Assembly: GCF_009834535.1 (NCBI RefSeq)
Contig: NC_045697.1
Span: 57,786,001 to 57,850,000, forward strand
From: Camelus ferus
Taxonomy: Eukaryota
DNA: 64,000 nt
Reading direction: 5' to 3'
This document shows, in pieces, positions 24,646 to 35,428 of this stretch. The position numbers were made by a program, and so were the translations under genes. The notes under the pieces were generated by a model. It was not told where the DNA came from. It did not search any database and was given only the letters and a program-made list of their open reading frames with translations. Numbering within the stretch: the first letter of the stretch is position 1; every line of letters starts with the position of its first letter.

Positions 24646-24864
24646 CCCCAAATTATTTTTTCTTTATCTTATTTCAAGTATAATATCAGCAATATGTATA
24701 CATCATATTTAAAACTACTTTAAGGACAAAAGATGTCTTTGTGACATAATTCAATTTTAAGTTTCAGTAACACTCTCCACTATGCATCACTTTTGTTGTT
24801 GTTTTACGGTCAAGCACGTAAGGGAGGTAACCACAATGGTAAAGATACTAAAACAATGTTTCAG

Positions 24865-25418
24865 TTAAATTAACCTAAATGATACTCTGAAGACGCTAAA
24901 ACATTTGCCAGTCTGCGATGTTAATAGCAGACAAGAATGGTATCATAATGTGAAACCTAGGTAGGCTTTCTTACATTTTGGTTAGGGTGAAATATTCTAA
25001 TCAAGAACTTTCATACTCCATTTCATATGCCTCTTTCAACTCAGATTTATTATAATGTTAGTGATGTCTTAAATATTTACCTACAAAAGTGTGAGTCTCT
25101 GTGCCTGCATTACAGTATGGTTTTCATATTTTGGCCTTCAGAGCTAGTTGAACAGTCTGTATATTTGGTTACTGAATATTAGTGTGTTGCCACTTAAGCA
25201 CTCAGTAAAAACGAGCGATCTACAAAGCATCTCTGAGTTTTGTGTCTAGCAACCTATATTAATGTTCAGGCTAACCAGTTTTGACATATAAAAGTAGGCA
25301 AAGAGACTGCCACAAAACATCAAAGAAAGAACACCATTTTAGAAGTTAAAATCCAAGCTTTGGAATGGTCTTAAGATTCCTTCAAGGGAAATGTCCAGGG
25401 GGAAGTCTAGAAAATGGA
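24865..25418 (+). pseudogene. Two or three myosin pseudo-exons (HYAG / VxYxV region); frames uncertain
   Basis: Exon-like 24865-24960 (donor TAG|gtaggc), 25045 onward (acceptor ctctttcaactcag; IYYNVSDVL like VxYNVxGFL), ending at GGA|gtaaag 25418. Stop density here is near random. Confidence 0.35.
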
Positions 25419-25492
25419 GTAAAGAGCATGTAATTAGCATTATGTGTGAGTCTTAATGATATTATAAATGTGTATATATCATTGCCTTCTAG

Positions 25493-25621
25493 AAGTACAG
25501 TCCAACAATTGAATCAGGTCTAAGACACTGGTCTGAGAGAGGTCATTATTTGAGGATTAGGAATGAAAAGAATTATTACCTGTGTAAAAATACGTGGAAA
25601 AACTCTCCATGAAAAATTCTT
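25493..25621 (+). pseudogene. Myosin pseudo-exon (SH2/SH1 helix)
   Basis: Acceptor ttgccttctag, donor CTT|gtaagt, 129 bp, phase 2-2. STVQQLNQV*DTGLREVII*GLGMKRIITCVKIRGKTLHEKF resembles VLNQLRxxGxLExIRIRxxG...EFL. Confidence 0.55.
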
Positions 25622-25960
25622 GTAAGTGCATAAAAATGCTTTCAAGTGTATTTGTTATTGATGACTATGTTTTTCAATGTGAGAATACAATTATGAAGAC
25701 TTTTCAGTTTTTACTGAGATTTGCTTCATTTTCAAAAAAATGAAAGAAAAACCTTAATATTTTTCTATATTTTGAGGAACCAGTTATTAACTTGAAGGTG
25801 CCCATCCTACTTTGCATCTTAAATACAATTGAAAAAATGAAAAAAATACACAGGGAAAGCAAATCGTTGAATCAAAGTGTATTTTACTCAGGGATTGAAC
25901 AAACATTTCTTCTAATTATAATAAAGTAAACTCCACATCCTAAACTAAAACTCTTTGCAG

Positions 25961-26204
25961 AAGTAGAGGATCCAGCTTCAAAAGTACAGATTGAAAATGT
26001 GGCACCTGACAGTCCCATCATTCTAAAGCGTTGTTTTATGACCTACCTGTATTTAATAATAGTTCTTTGGAGGCTCATAACCCTTTTTGTGATTTACTGT
26101 GGTTATCCCTTACACCACCTGTGCATGGTATTAATTAACAACTGGGAAGACAATGTTATAAAAATGAAAAATTTTCTTTGTCATTGGGGGAAAAAAGGCA
26201 CTTG
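25961..26204 (+). pseudogene. Myosin pseudo-exon (converter, 5' part)
   Basis: Acceptor ctctttgcag, donor TTG|gtaagt. The phase 2-0 frame has 3 stops in 81 codons and links both neighbours. Ends ...FSLSLGEKRHL. Confidence 0.5.
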
Positions 26205-26829
26205 GTAAGTTCTTTGTTCATCAAAGTTTGGTGATGCTCCAACTACTCGTGCCAAGGCTAGCATTTTATATCTCCACAGCTTGAAGCAGTAGAGCAGCTG
26301 AAAGATAACGCTTACAATTTCAATAGTCAGCTTGGTTATATAATCATGTGCTTCTGTCCACTTGAATTAAGTGTGCTTAGAGACCTGAATGGCTTGTGCA
26401 TCCTTTTAAGCCAAGGATTGAAATAAACAGCTAGCAAGACTTCATGCTAGCTATTAATCTACTAAATAGTCCATTAGTATCTGTCACTTCATATTAACTG
26501 AGCGTCTTTATGGTTATCATGTTTTTAAGCACACTGACTTACAGATTAACTTACAGATTCCCAGAAAACATCCATCTTGAAAATTTTATATATAAAAGGT
26601 ATTTTTTTCCACATTTAAGTCCCATAAAATGAGCTTTGTTATGACAAACATAAGCTAGAATGAAGTAACAGCTTTAAAGTTTTTAACTTCCTACTATTGA
26701 GGAAATGGAAAAACTAAAATAGGAAGTCATTTAGCACATTTTATCAAGTAACTTTTATTAAAAATGCTTTCATATGCTTCTGAGCATTCAAACATTGTTA
26801 ATCCTTCAAACTGGGGCACTGTTAACTGA

Positions 26830-27500
26830 GTTCTATATTTTAAAAAATCAGAAGTATACAAGATTTTTGTAACACTTCAAATTAAGCTGAAGTATATACA
26901 GATATAATCTTTCTCTCCTATTTCCTAACCTTCCTTAAAGTGATCAAAGTTAACAACCTGGTATATAATTTTCTACTTTTTCTATGTATGTACAAAACTA
27001 AAATATACATATAACACATGCATTTGGTTTCTTTTATCTGATTTTAATAAAAATGGGATCAAAATCCATAGTATCATGAAAAATTTTTACAGTTAATATA
27101 TCTAGATTACTTATTTTAATAGCTGCATAGTACATAATTTATTATTAATATTTTCTATTAACTTACATAATTTATTAATATAATTTCTATTGATTTACAA
27201 TTAGATTTGTAAAAACACCGTAAAATCAAACATATACATGTGTGCGTTTAGGTATATATATTTTCATACTTTGTTTGTATAGGTCAGATTAACCAGGTGG
27301 CAATTGTTTGGTCAGAAATATATGCATTTTTAATAAATACTGTCAAGTAATTTCCAAATTTAATGAGGAAATTCACATTTATATGGAAAACAATTTCTTC
27401 ACGCGCACTGCAGCACTGGAATACAAAAAAAAATCCATTTTTAAAAAGTTGGAATTGGATGGCATCATGGAATTCTACTTATAATTTAAAGAATTTAAGA
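26830..27500 (-). mobile_element. Old L1ME-type 3' fragment
   Basis: Motifs aaaaatgggatc, tttaatagctgcatagta, atatgcattttt. Confidence 0.5.
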
Positions 27501-27620
27501 AATATAGTAGCTAAGATAAATTCTGCACTTTACGTAGAATTTTATCCAAATTTTCAGAATTTTGTGCTATATTAAAATTTTAGAAAATACTCTTTTTTTG
27601 CTCCTTTAAATCACTTTCAG

Positions 27621-27766
27621 GTGTTGGTTCTGGAAAAGGGGATGGAAACACTATTGAACAACAATCATATCTGAACTGATAACTTGGGAACAAAAGCATT
27701 GATCCATATATTCTCACCATCTAATGAGAGATACATCATAACAAAGATAGATGGCATTTAAGACAA
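27621..27766 (+). pseudogene. Myosin pseudo-exon (converter, 3' part)
   Basis: Long pyrimidine tract and ttcag acceptor, donor CAA|gtaagt, phase 0-2. VLVLEKGMETLLNNNHI*TDNLGTKALIHIFSPSNERYIITKIDGI*DK. Confidence 0.55.
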
Positions 27767-27914
27767 GTAAGTGAAAAGTTAGTATGAAAACCTATTGGTT
27801 AATGTGATTGGAATTGGATTCCAATTACTTTATGGAATAATACTTCCATAATTCTTTAAAATGCTACTTGAGGGTTTCTCAATTACAATATAACATGTTT
27901 GATTAAAATTATAG

Positions 27915-27991
27915 GACTCTGGTCAGGAAAATTCAGACAGAAAACATCAAATTTATTATTGGAAGAAAACTGTATTCGACATTGTGTTGAG
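27915..27991 (+). pseudogene. Pseudo-exon with IQ-like motif
   Basis: 77 bp, phase 2-1, bridging its neighbours. TLVRKIQTENIKFIIGRKLYSTLC* is IQxxxRxxxxRxxY-like. Donor gtcaat is degenerate. Confidence 0.5.
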
Positions 27992-28387
27992 GTCAATAAG
28001 GATAATTATTGCCATTAAAATGACATTAAAACCAATTAAACTGTGCTATTTTAAGGCATAATTTTCTAATTTATATTAAGCATTTTCCCTAGGTTTGAAG
28101 ATAACTTTTCTAATTAGCATACATAGTAGTATAGAAGCATATTTACTTATTTTAGGATACTAAAACTCTGCCACCTTTTTATAACATTTCAATAGACCCT
28201 AGTCATCATTGAGATCCATGCATTCCTTTAAAATTTAAACAAATTTGACAGAATTTAGTCTTGCTAATAATGTTGCATAATGTATTATGCCTATTCAAGA
28301 TAGAAAGCTGTTAAGAATTAAACATATGTGAATATGTTTTATGTGTTTGATATTGATAGGAAATTCATTCTTAAGTGCATTTTTTAG

Positions 28388-28614
28388 ATCTATTAAAAAT
28401 TAATGGGTATGATTATACTTCTGGGTATGATGAGTTGAGCAGATATACACATCCAGATCCAAGTGGAAATAATGAACATGCCCTAAAATGTACAAGAGAG
28501 AGGAAAAATCTGTGTCACTTTTAGAATTTCTAGATTGATATCATTCAAAGACCAGTACCTTCAGAGGAATTCCTGCTAAAAATGGAGATGAAACAATAAA
28601 GGAAGCACTGAAAA
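28388..28614 (+). pseudogene. Pseudo-exon, proximal myosin tail
   Basis: Acceptor gcattttttag, phase 1. DLLKINGYDYTSGYDELSRYTHPDPSGNNEHALK(fs)MYKREEKSVSLLEFLD*YHSKTSTFRGIPAKNGDETIKEALK. Donor appears mutated (ctgagt). Confidence 0.45.
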
Positions 28615-28682
28615 CTGAGTCATTATTTTTCATTCTAAGAAAGTGATTCTGTGTCCAAAATAAGTTTAGATTAATATACAGT

Positions 28683-29281
28683 CTTTCTTTCTTTAAAAAA
28701 ATATATTTTAAGTATAGTCAGTTTACAATGTTGTGTCAATTTCTGGTGTACAGCACAATACTTCAGTCATATAGGAACATACGTATATTGGTTTTCATAT
28801 TCTTTTTTGCCATAAGTTACTACAAGATATTGAATATGGTTCCCTGTGCTATACAGTATAAACTTGTTGTTTATCTATTTTATATATATTAGTATCTGCA
28901 AATCTCAAACTCCCAATTTATCCTTTCCCATCCCCTCCCTGCCCTCAGTAACCATAAGTTTGTTTTCTATGTCTGTGAGTCTGTTTCTGTTTTGTAAATA
29001 AGTTCATTTTTCTCTTTCTTTTTTTTTAGATTTCACATATAAATGATATCATATAGTATTTTTCTTTCTCTTTCTGGCTTACTTCACTTAGAATGACATT
29101 TTCCAGGGTTATCCATGTTGCTGCGAATAGCATTGTTTTATTATCTTTTATGGCTGAATAGTAATCTGTTGTATAAATATACCACAATTTCTTTATCCAA
29201 TCATCTGTCGATGGACATTTAGGTTGTTTCCATGCCTTGGCTATTGTAAATACTGCTGCTACGAACATTGGGGAACATGTC
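28683..29281 (-). mobile_element. L1 element A/C, 3' portion
   Basis: 3'UTR and ORF2 C-terminus (ORF 29026..29268); sequence resumes at 35429. Confidence 0.9.
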
Positions 29282-29611
29282 TTTTTCTTTTTCTTTTTTT
29301 TTTTTTTTTCTTGTCTGTATAATTTTTTTCCCTTTTTCAGTTTTATTAGGTAGAATTATTATAGTTTGACTACACATATACATTATATTGGATGTAAATA
29401 CATACAGTATACTGCACATCTTATTTTACATACATGTACTGATCATTGTTTCTAAGAACAGATTAGAGCTTTAGCTTTCTAAACTTATATAGTTATCAAA
29501 GGAATATAGGCAACTACAAAATAAGAATCAACAGAATGCAGTAATCCAATCATAAAGGATAGTCGAATGTGCTTACACATATTCAAGAAATCAGTCATTT
29601 AAGTTATAAAT
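29282..29611 (-). other. Non-L1 polyadenylated segment forming the 3' end of L1 element B
   Basis: Poly(T) 29282-309, minus-strand AATAAA at 29342-47, ~300 bp with no L1 resemblance. Confidence 0.7.
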
Positions 29612-32600
29612 AATAAGTAATTCATTTGTGTCCTTATTATTGTTTTTTTTTTTTTGATACCTCATATAAATGATGTCATATGGCATTTTTCTTTTTCTTT
29701 CCAGCCCACTTCACTTAGAATGACAATCTTCAGTTCCATCCATATTGGTGCAAATGGCATTATTTTATTCTTTTTTATGGCTGAGTAGTGTTCCATTGTA
29801 TATATGTACCACATCTTCTTTATCCAGTCATCTGTGGATGCACATTTGGGTTGTTTCCATGTCTTAGCTATTGTAAATAGTGCTGCTGTGAACATTGGGG
29901 TGCATGTGTCTTTTTGAAGTTTTATTTTTCTCTGGACATATGCCCAGGAGTGGGATTGCTGGATCACATGGTAAGTATATTTTCAGTTTTTAAAGGAACA
30001 TCCATACTGTTCTCCATAGTGGCTGCACCAATCTACATTCCCACCAACAGTGTAGGAGGGTTCCCTTTTCTCCACACCCTTTCCAGCATCTATCATTTGT
30101 AGGCTTTTCAATGATAGCCATTCTGGCTGGTGTGAGGTGATACCTTATTGTAGTTTTGATCTGCATTTCTCTGACAATTAGTGATGCTGACCATTTTTTC
30201 ATGTGCCTATTGACCATTTTTATGTCTTCATTGGAGAATTACTTGTTTAGGTCTGACTATTTCTGGATTGGGTTGCTTGTTTCTTTGATATTAATGTGTA
30301 TGAGCTGTTTGTATATTTTGGAAATTAGTCCCTTATCAGTTACATTATTTGCAAATATTTTCTCCCATTCTGTTGGTTGTCTTTTCATTTTGTTGATGGC
30401 ATCCTTAGCTGTACAGAAGCTTTTAAGTTTGATTAGATCCCATTTGTTTATTTTTTATTTTATTTCCATTACTCCAGGAGCTGGTTCAAAAAAATACATT
30501 GTTTAATGTATGTCTGTAAGTGTTCTACCTATGTTTTCCTGTAGGAGTTTTATAGTATGTGGTCTTACATTTAGGTCTTTAATCCATTTTGAGTTTATTT
30601 TTGTACATGGTGTTAGGGAATGTTCTAAATTCAGTCTTTTATAGGTAGCTGTCCAGTTTTTCCAGCACCACTTATTGAAGAGACTGTCTTTTCTCCATTG
30701 TATATTCTTGCCTCCTTTGTCATAGATTAACTGACCATACGTGCATGTGTTTATTTCTGGACTTTCTATCCTGTTCCATTGATCTGTGTGTCTGTTTCTG
30801 TGCCAGTACCATACTGTTTTGATTAATGTAGCTTTGTAGTAGTCTGAAGTCAGGGAGCATGATTCCCCCAGCTCCGTTCTACTTTTTCAAGATTGTTTTG
30901 GCTATTCAGAGTCTTTTGTGTTTCCATACAAATTTTACCATTTTTTTTTTTGTTCCAGGCTGTGTGAAGAATGTCATTGGTAATTTGATAGGGACTGCAT
31001 TGAATATGTAAAATGCCTGGGCAGTATGGCCATTTCAACAAAATTGATTCTTCCAATCCAAGAACACTGTGTATCTTTCCATTTGTTTATGTCATCTTCA
31101 TCTTCAGTTTCCTTCATCAGTGTCTTACAGTTTTTGGCATACATGTCTTTTGCCTCCTTGAGTAGGTTTTTCCCTAGGTATTTTATTATTTTTGGTATGA
31201 TGGTAAGTGGTATTGTTTCCTTAATTTCCCTTTCTGCTATTTCATTGTTAGTGTATAGTAATTCAACTGATTTCTGTATGTTAATTTTGTATCCTGCAAC
31301 TTTACCATATTCATTGATGAGTTCTAGTAGTTTTCTGGTCACTTCTTTAGGGTTTTCTATGTATAGTATTATGTAATCTGCAAGCAGTGACAGTTTTACT
31401 TTTTCTTTTCCAACTTGGATTCCTTTTATTTCTATTTCCTCTCTGATTGCTATGGCTAAGACTTCCAAAACTATGTTGAATTAAAGTGGTGAGAGCTGGC
31501 ATCCTTGTCTTGTTCCTGATCTTAGAGGAAATGCTTTCAGCTTTTCCCTGTTAAGTATGATGTTAGCTATGGGTTTGTCATATATGGCCTTTATTATGTT
31601 GCGGTATGTTCCATCTATGCCCTCTTTCTGGAGAGTGTTGATCAGTAAATGGATGTTGAATTTTATCAAAAGCTTTTTCTGCATCTATTGAGAGTATCAC
31701 GTGGTTTTTCTTCTTCAGTTTGTTAATGTGGTGTATCATGTTGATTTTGTGGATATTCAAAAATCCCTTCATCCCTGGGATAAATCCAACTTGATCATGG
31801 CATTGCTGGAGTCAATTTGCTAGTATTTTGTTGAGGATTTTTGCATCTGTTTTCATAAGTGATACTAGCCTGTAATTTTCTCTTTTTTTGTCTGATTTTG
31901 GTATCAGAGTGATGACTGATGGCCTCGTAGAATGAGTTTGGAAGCGTTCCTTCCTCCACAACTTTTGCAATAGTTTCAGAAGGTTAGGTATTAACTCTTC
32001 TCTAAATATTTTGTAGAATTCACCTGTGAAGCCATCTGGTCCTGGACTTCTGTTTGTTGGGAGGTTTTTAATTACTAATTCAATTTCAGTACTGGTAATT
32101 GGTCTATTCATATTGTCTATTTCTTCCTGGTTTAGTCTTGGCAAATTGTACCTTTCTAAGAAATTGTTCATTTCTTCTGCATTGTCATTTTTGTTGGCAT
32201 ATAGTTGCTCATAGTATCCTCTTATGATCCCTTGTATTTCTGTTGTGTCAGTTAACTTCTCCTTTTTCATTTCTGATTTTATTAATTTGGGTCCCCTCCC
32301 TTTTTTTCTTGATGAGTCTGACTAAAGGCTTATCAATTTTGTTTATCTTTTCAAAGAACCAGCTTTTAGTTTCATTGATCTTTTCTTTCTTTTTTTTTTT
32401 CTTTATTCTCTATTTCATTTATTTCTGCTCTAATCTTTATGATTTTTTTTTCTTCTGCTAACTTTGGGGTTTGTTTGTTCTTCTTTCTTCAGCTGCTTTA
32501 GGTTTAAGGTTAGGTTGTTTACTTGAGATTTTTCTTGTTTCCTAAGGTAGGCTTGTATTGCTATAAACTTCCCTCTGAGAACTGCTTTTGCTGTGTCCCA

Positions 32601-35428
32601 GAGGTTTTGGATTGTTGTGCTTTTGTTTTCATTTCTCTCAAAGTACTTTTTTGATCTCCTCTTTGATTTCTTCCATGATCCATTGGTTGTTTAGTAGCAA
32701 ATTTTTAGCCTCCGCATGTTTGCCGTTTTTTCTCGTAGCTGATTTCTAACCTTATAGCATTGTGGTCTGAAAAGATGCTTGGTATGATTTCAGTTTTCCT
32801 GAATTTGCTGAGGCTAGCTTTATGGGCCAGCATGTGGTTGATTCTGGAGAATGTTCCTTGTGCACCTGAGAAGAACGTGTATTCTGTTGTTTTTGTATGG
32901 AATGCGCTACAGATATCAATTAGGTCCATCTGTTCCAATGTGTTATTAAGCACCTGTATTTCCTTATTGATTTTCTGCCTGCATGATATGTCCATTGATG
33001 TAAGTGGGGTGTTAAGGTCCCCTACTATTATTGTGTTACTGTCAATTTCTCCCTTTATGTCTTTTAACAATTGCCTTATACACTGAGGTGCTCCTATGTT
33101 GGGTGCATATGTATTTACAATTGTTATATCCTCCTCTTAGCTTGATCCCTTAAGCATTATGTAGTGCCCTTCTTTGTCTCTTGTAACAGTTTTTATTTTA
33201 AAATCTATTTTGTCTGATGTAAGTATTGCTACTCTAGCTTTCTTTTGGTTTTCATTTGCTTGGAATATCTTTTTCCATCCCCTTATTTTCAACCTGCATG
33301 TGTCTCTAGCTCTGAAGTGGGTCTCTTGTAGACAGCATATACATGGGTCTTGTTTTTGTATCCATTCATCCAGTCTGTGTCTTTTGGTTGGAGCATTTAA
33401 TCCATTTACATTTAAGGCAATTATTGATAGGTATGTTCTTACTGCCATTTTGTTAATTGTTTTGAGTTTGTTTTTTGTAGTTTCTTTTTTTCTTTTTGTT
33501 CTCTATTCTTATGTTTTGATGACTAGAGTAGCTCCTTTAACATTTGTTGTAAAGCTGGTTCTGATGTGCTGAATTCTTTTAGCTTTTGTTTATCTGTGAA
33601 GCTTTTGATTTCTCCAATTCTGAATAAGAGCCTTGCAGGATAGAGTATTCTTGGCTGTAAGTTTTTCCCTTTCAGAACTTTAAATATATTATGCCACTCC
33701 CTTCTGGCCTGAAGGGTTTCTGCTGAAAAATCAGCTGATAACCTTATGGGTGTTTCCTTGTATGTTATTTGTTGCTTTTGTCTTGCTGATTTTAATATTC
33801 TCTCCTTAACCTTAATTTTACTGAATCTGATTAGTATGTGCCTTGGTGTATTCCTCTTTGGGTTGATCCTGTGTGGGACTCTCTGAGCTTCCTGGACATG
33901 GGTGTTTTCGAAGTTAGGGAAGTTTTCAGTTAGTATCTCTTCAAATATTTTCTCAGGTCCTTTCTTTCTTCACTTCCTGGGACTGCTATAATGCGAATAT
34001 TAGAACATTTCATATTGTCTTAAATTATCCTCATTTCTTTTCATTCCTTTTTCTTTTTTCTGTTCTGCAGTAGTGATTTCCATTAATGTGTCTCTGGCTC
34101 ACTAATCCATTCATCTGCCTCATTTAGTCTATTCTTGGTTCCCTCTAGTGTGTTATTAATTTCAGTAATTTTATTCTTCAACTCTGTTTGAGTATTCTTT
34201 ATAGTTTCCAGCTCTTTGTTAAAAACTTGACTCTGTGCATCTATACTCCTCTTGAGCTCTCTGAACATCTTCACTATCATCATTCTAAACTCTTTCTCAG
34301 ATAAACTGCCTATCTCCTCAGCAATTATTTCTTCTTCTGGGATATTATCTTGTGCTTTGTCCCAGAGGATATTCCTCTGCCACCTCACCTTGTCTGTCTT
34401 TCTCTTTGTATTTTTAGATATGTTAGTTATGATTCTTGACCTTGGTGAGGTGGCCCTTTGTGGGAGATGTCCCATGTGTCCCAGTGTAGAGTCTAGCCTG
34501 TGTTTGAGGATTCCTTCCACAGGCTTTGAGACTGTCTTCTTATTTCTACTATCTGCCCCCTGGTGGATGAGGCTTGGATAGAGGCTTATGTAGGTTTCCT
34601 GGTAGGAGGGGTCAGTGTCTGCCCACAGCTGGGTGAAGCTTGGCCTGGACCTCTGGTGGGTAGGGCCCTGTCTAGAGGCATTTGTTGCTCAGAAAGTCTG
34701 ATGATGAGTGAGGCTGTGTTCCCACCCAGTAGGTTGTTTAGCCTGAGGCTTCCCAGCCCTTAAGCCTACCAGCTGTTGGGTGGTGCTGGGTCTTGTTGCT
34801 ACTGATCCAATCAAGATGTCGGCATCCAAGAAAGCTCATGTAGATGAACACCCCTGGAATGTCCTCCACCAGCTTTTATGTCCCCTGGGTGAACTGCAGC
34901 TGCAGTCCCCTATTTCCCCAGGAGAACTTCCAAAACCAGCAGGCAGGTCTAGCCCAGGTTCCTATGCAATTATTGTCTCTGCCTCTGGACCCAGTGCATG
35001 CGAGATCCTGTGCGCATTTCCCAAGAGAATTAAGTCTCTGTCTCCCCTGTGGGGCTCCTGAAGTTAAGCCCCACTGGCCTTCAAAACCAGATGTCCTGGG
35101 GTCTCCTTCACCCACTGCCAGAACCGTGGGCTGGGGAGCTTGACATAGGGCTAAGAACTGTCATCCTGTGGGAGTGCCTCTATGATTTAATTGTTCTTTA
35201 GCTTGTGGTTTGCCTACCTATGGGTATCAGGTCCTAGTATATCATGAGCGCACACCTCTTACCTTCCTGCTGTGGTTCCCTCTCTCTGTTTCCAGTTGAA
35301 GCAGATCTTTTTTGCTAGGCTCCACTTTTTCTCTTGATGGCTGTTCAGCAGTTGGTTGTGGTTTTGTTGTAGTTGCGAGGAGAGGCGAGTTTGTGGTCCT
35401 ATTACTCTGCCATCTTGACTGGAATCTC
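29612..35428 (-). mobile_element. L1 element B: 5'UTR, ORF1 and ORF2 (disrupted), lacking its own 3' terminus
   Basis: ORF2 fragments 33448-29662 (EN, RT with LLADY at FADD), ORF1 fragment 34083..34520, 5' end gagattccagtcaagatggc. Confidence 0.95.

Noticed and set aside
25999..26208. Fully open 69-aa hydrophobic ORF over a pseudo-exon
   Set aside because: It has a non-ATG start and its frame is phase-incompatible with both neighbouring exons. Treated as an alternative frame.
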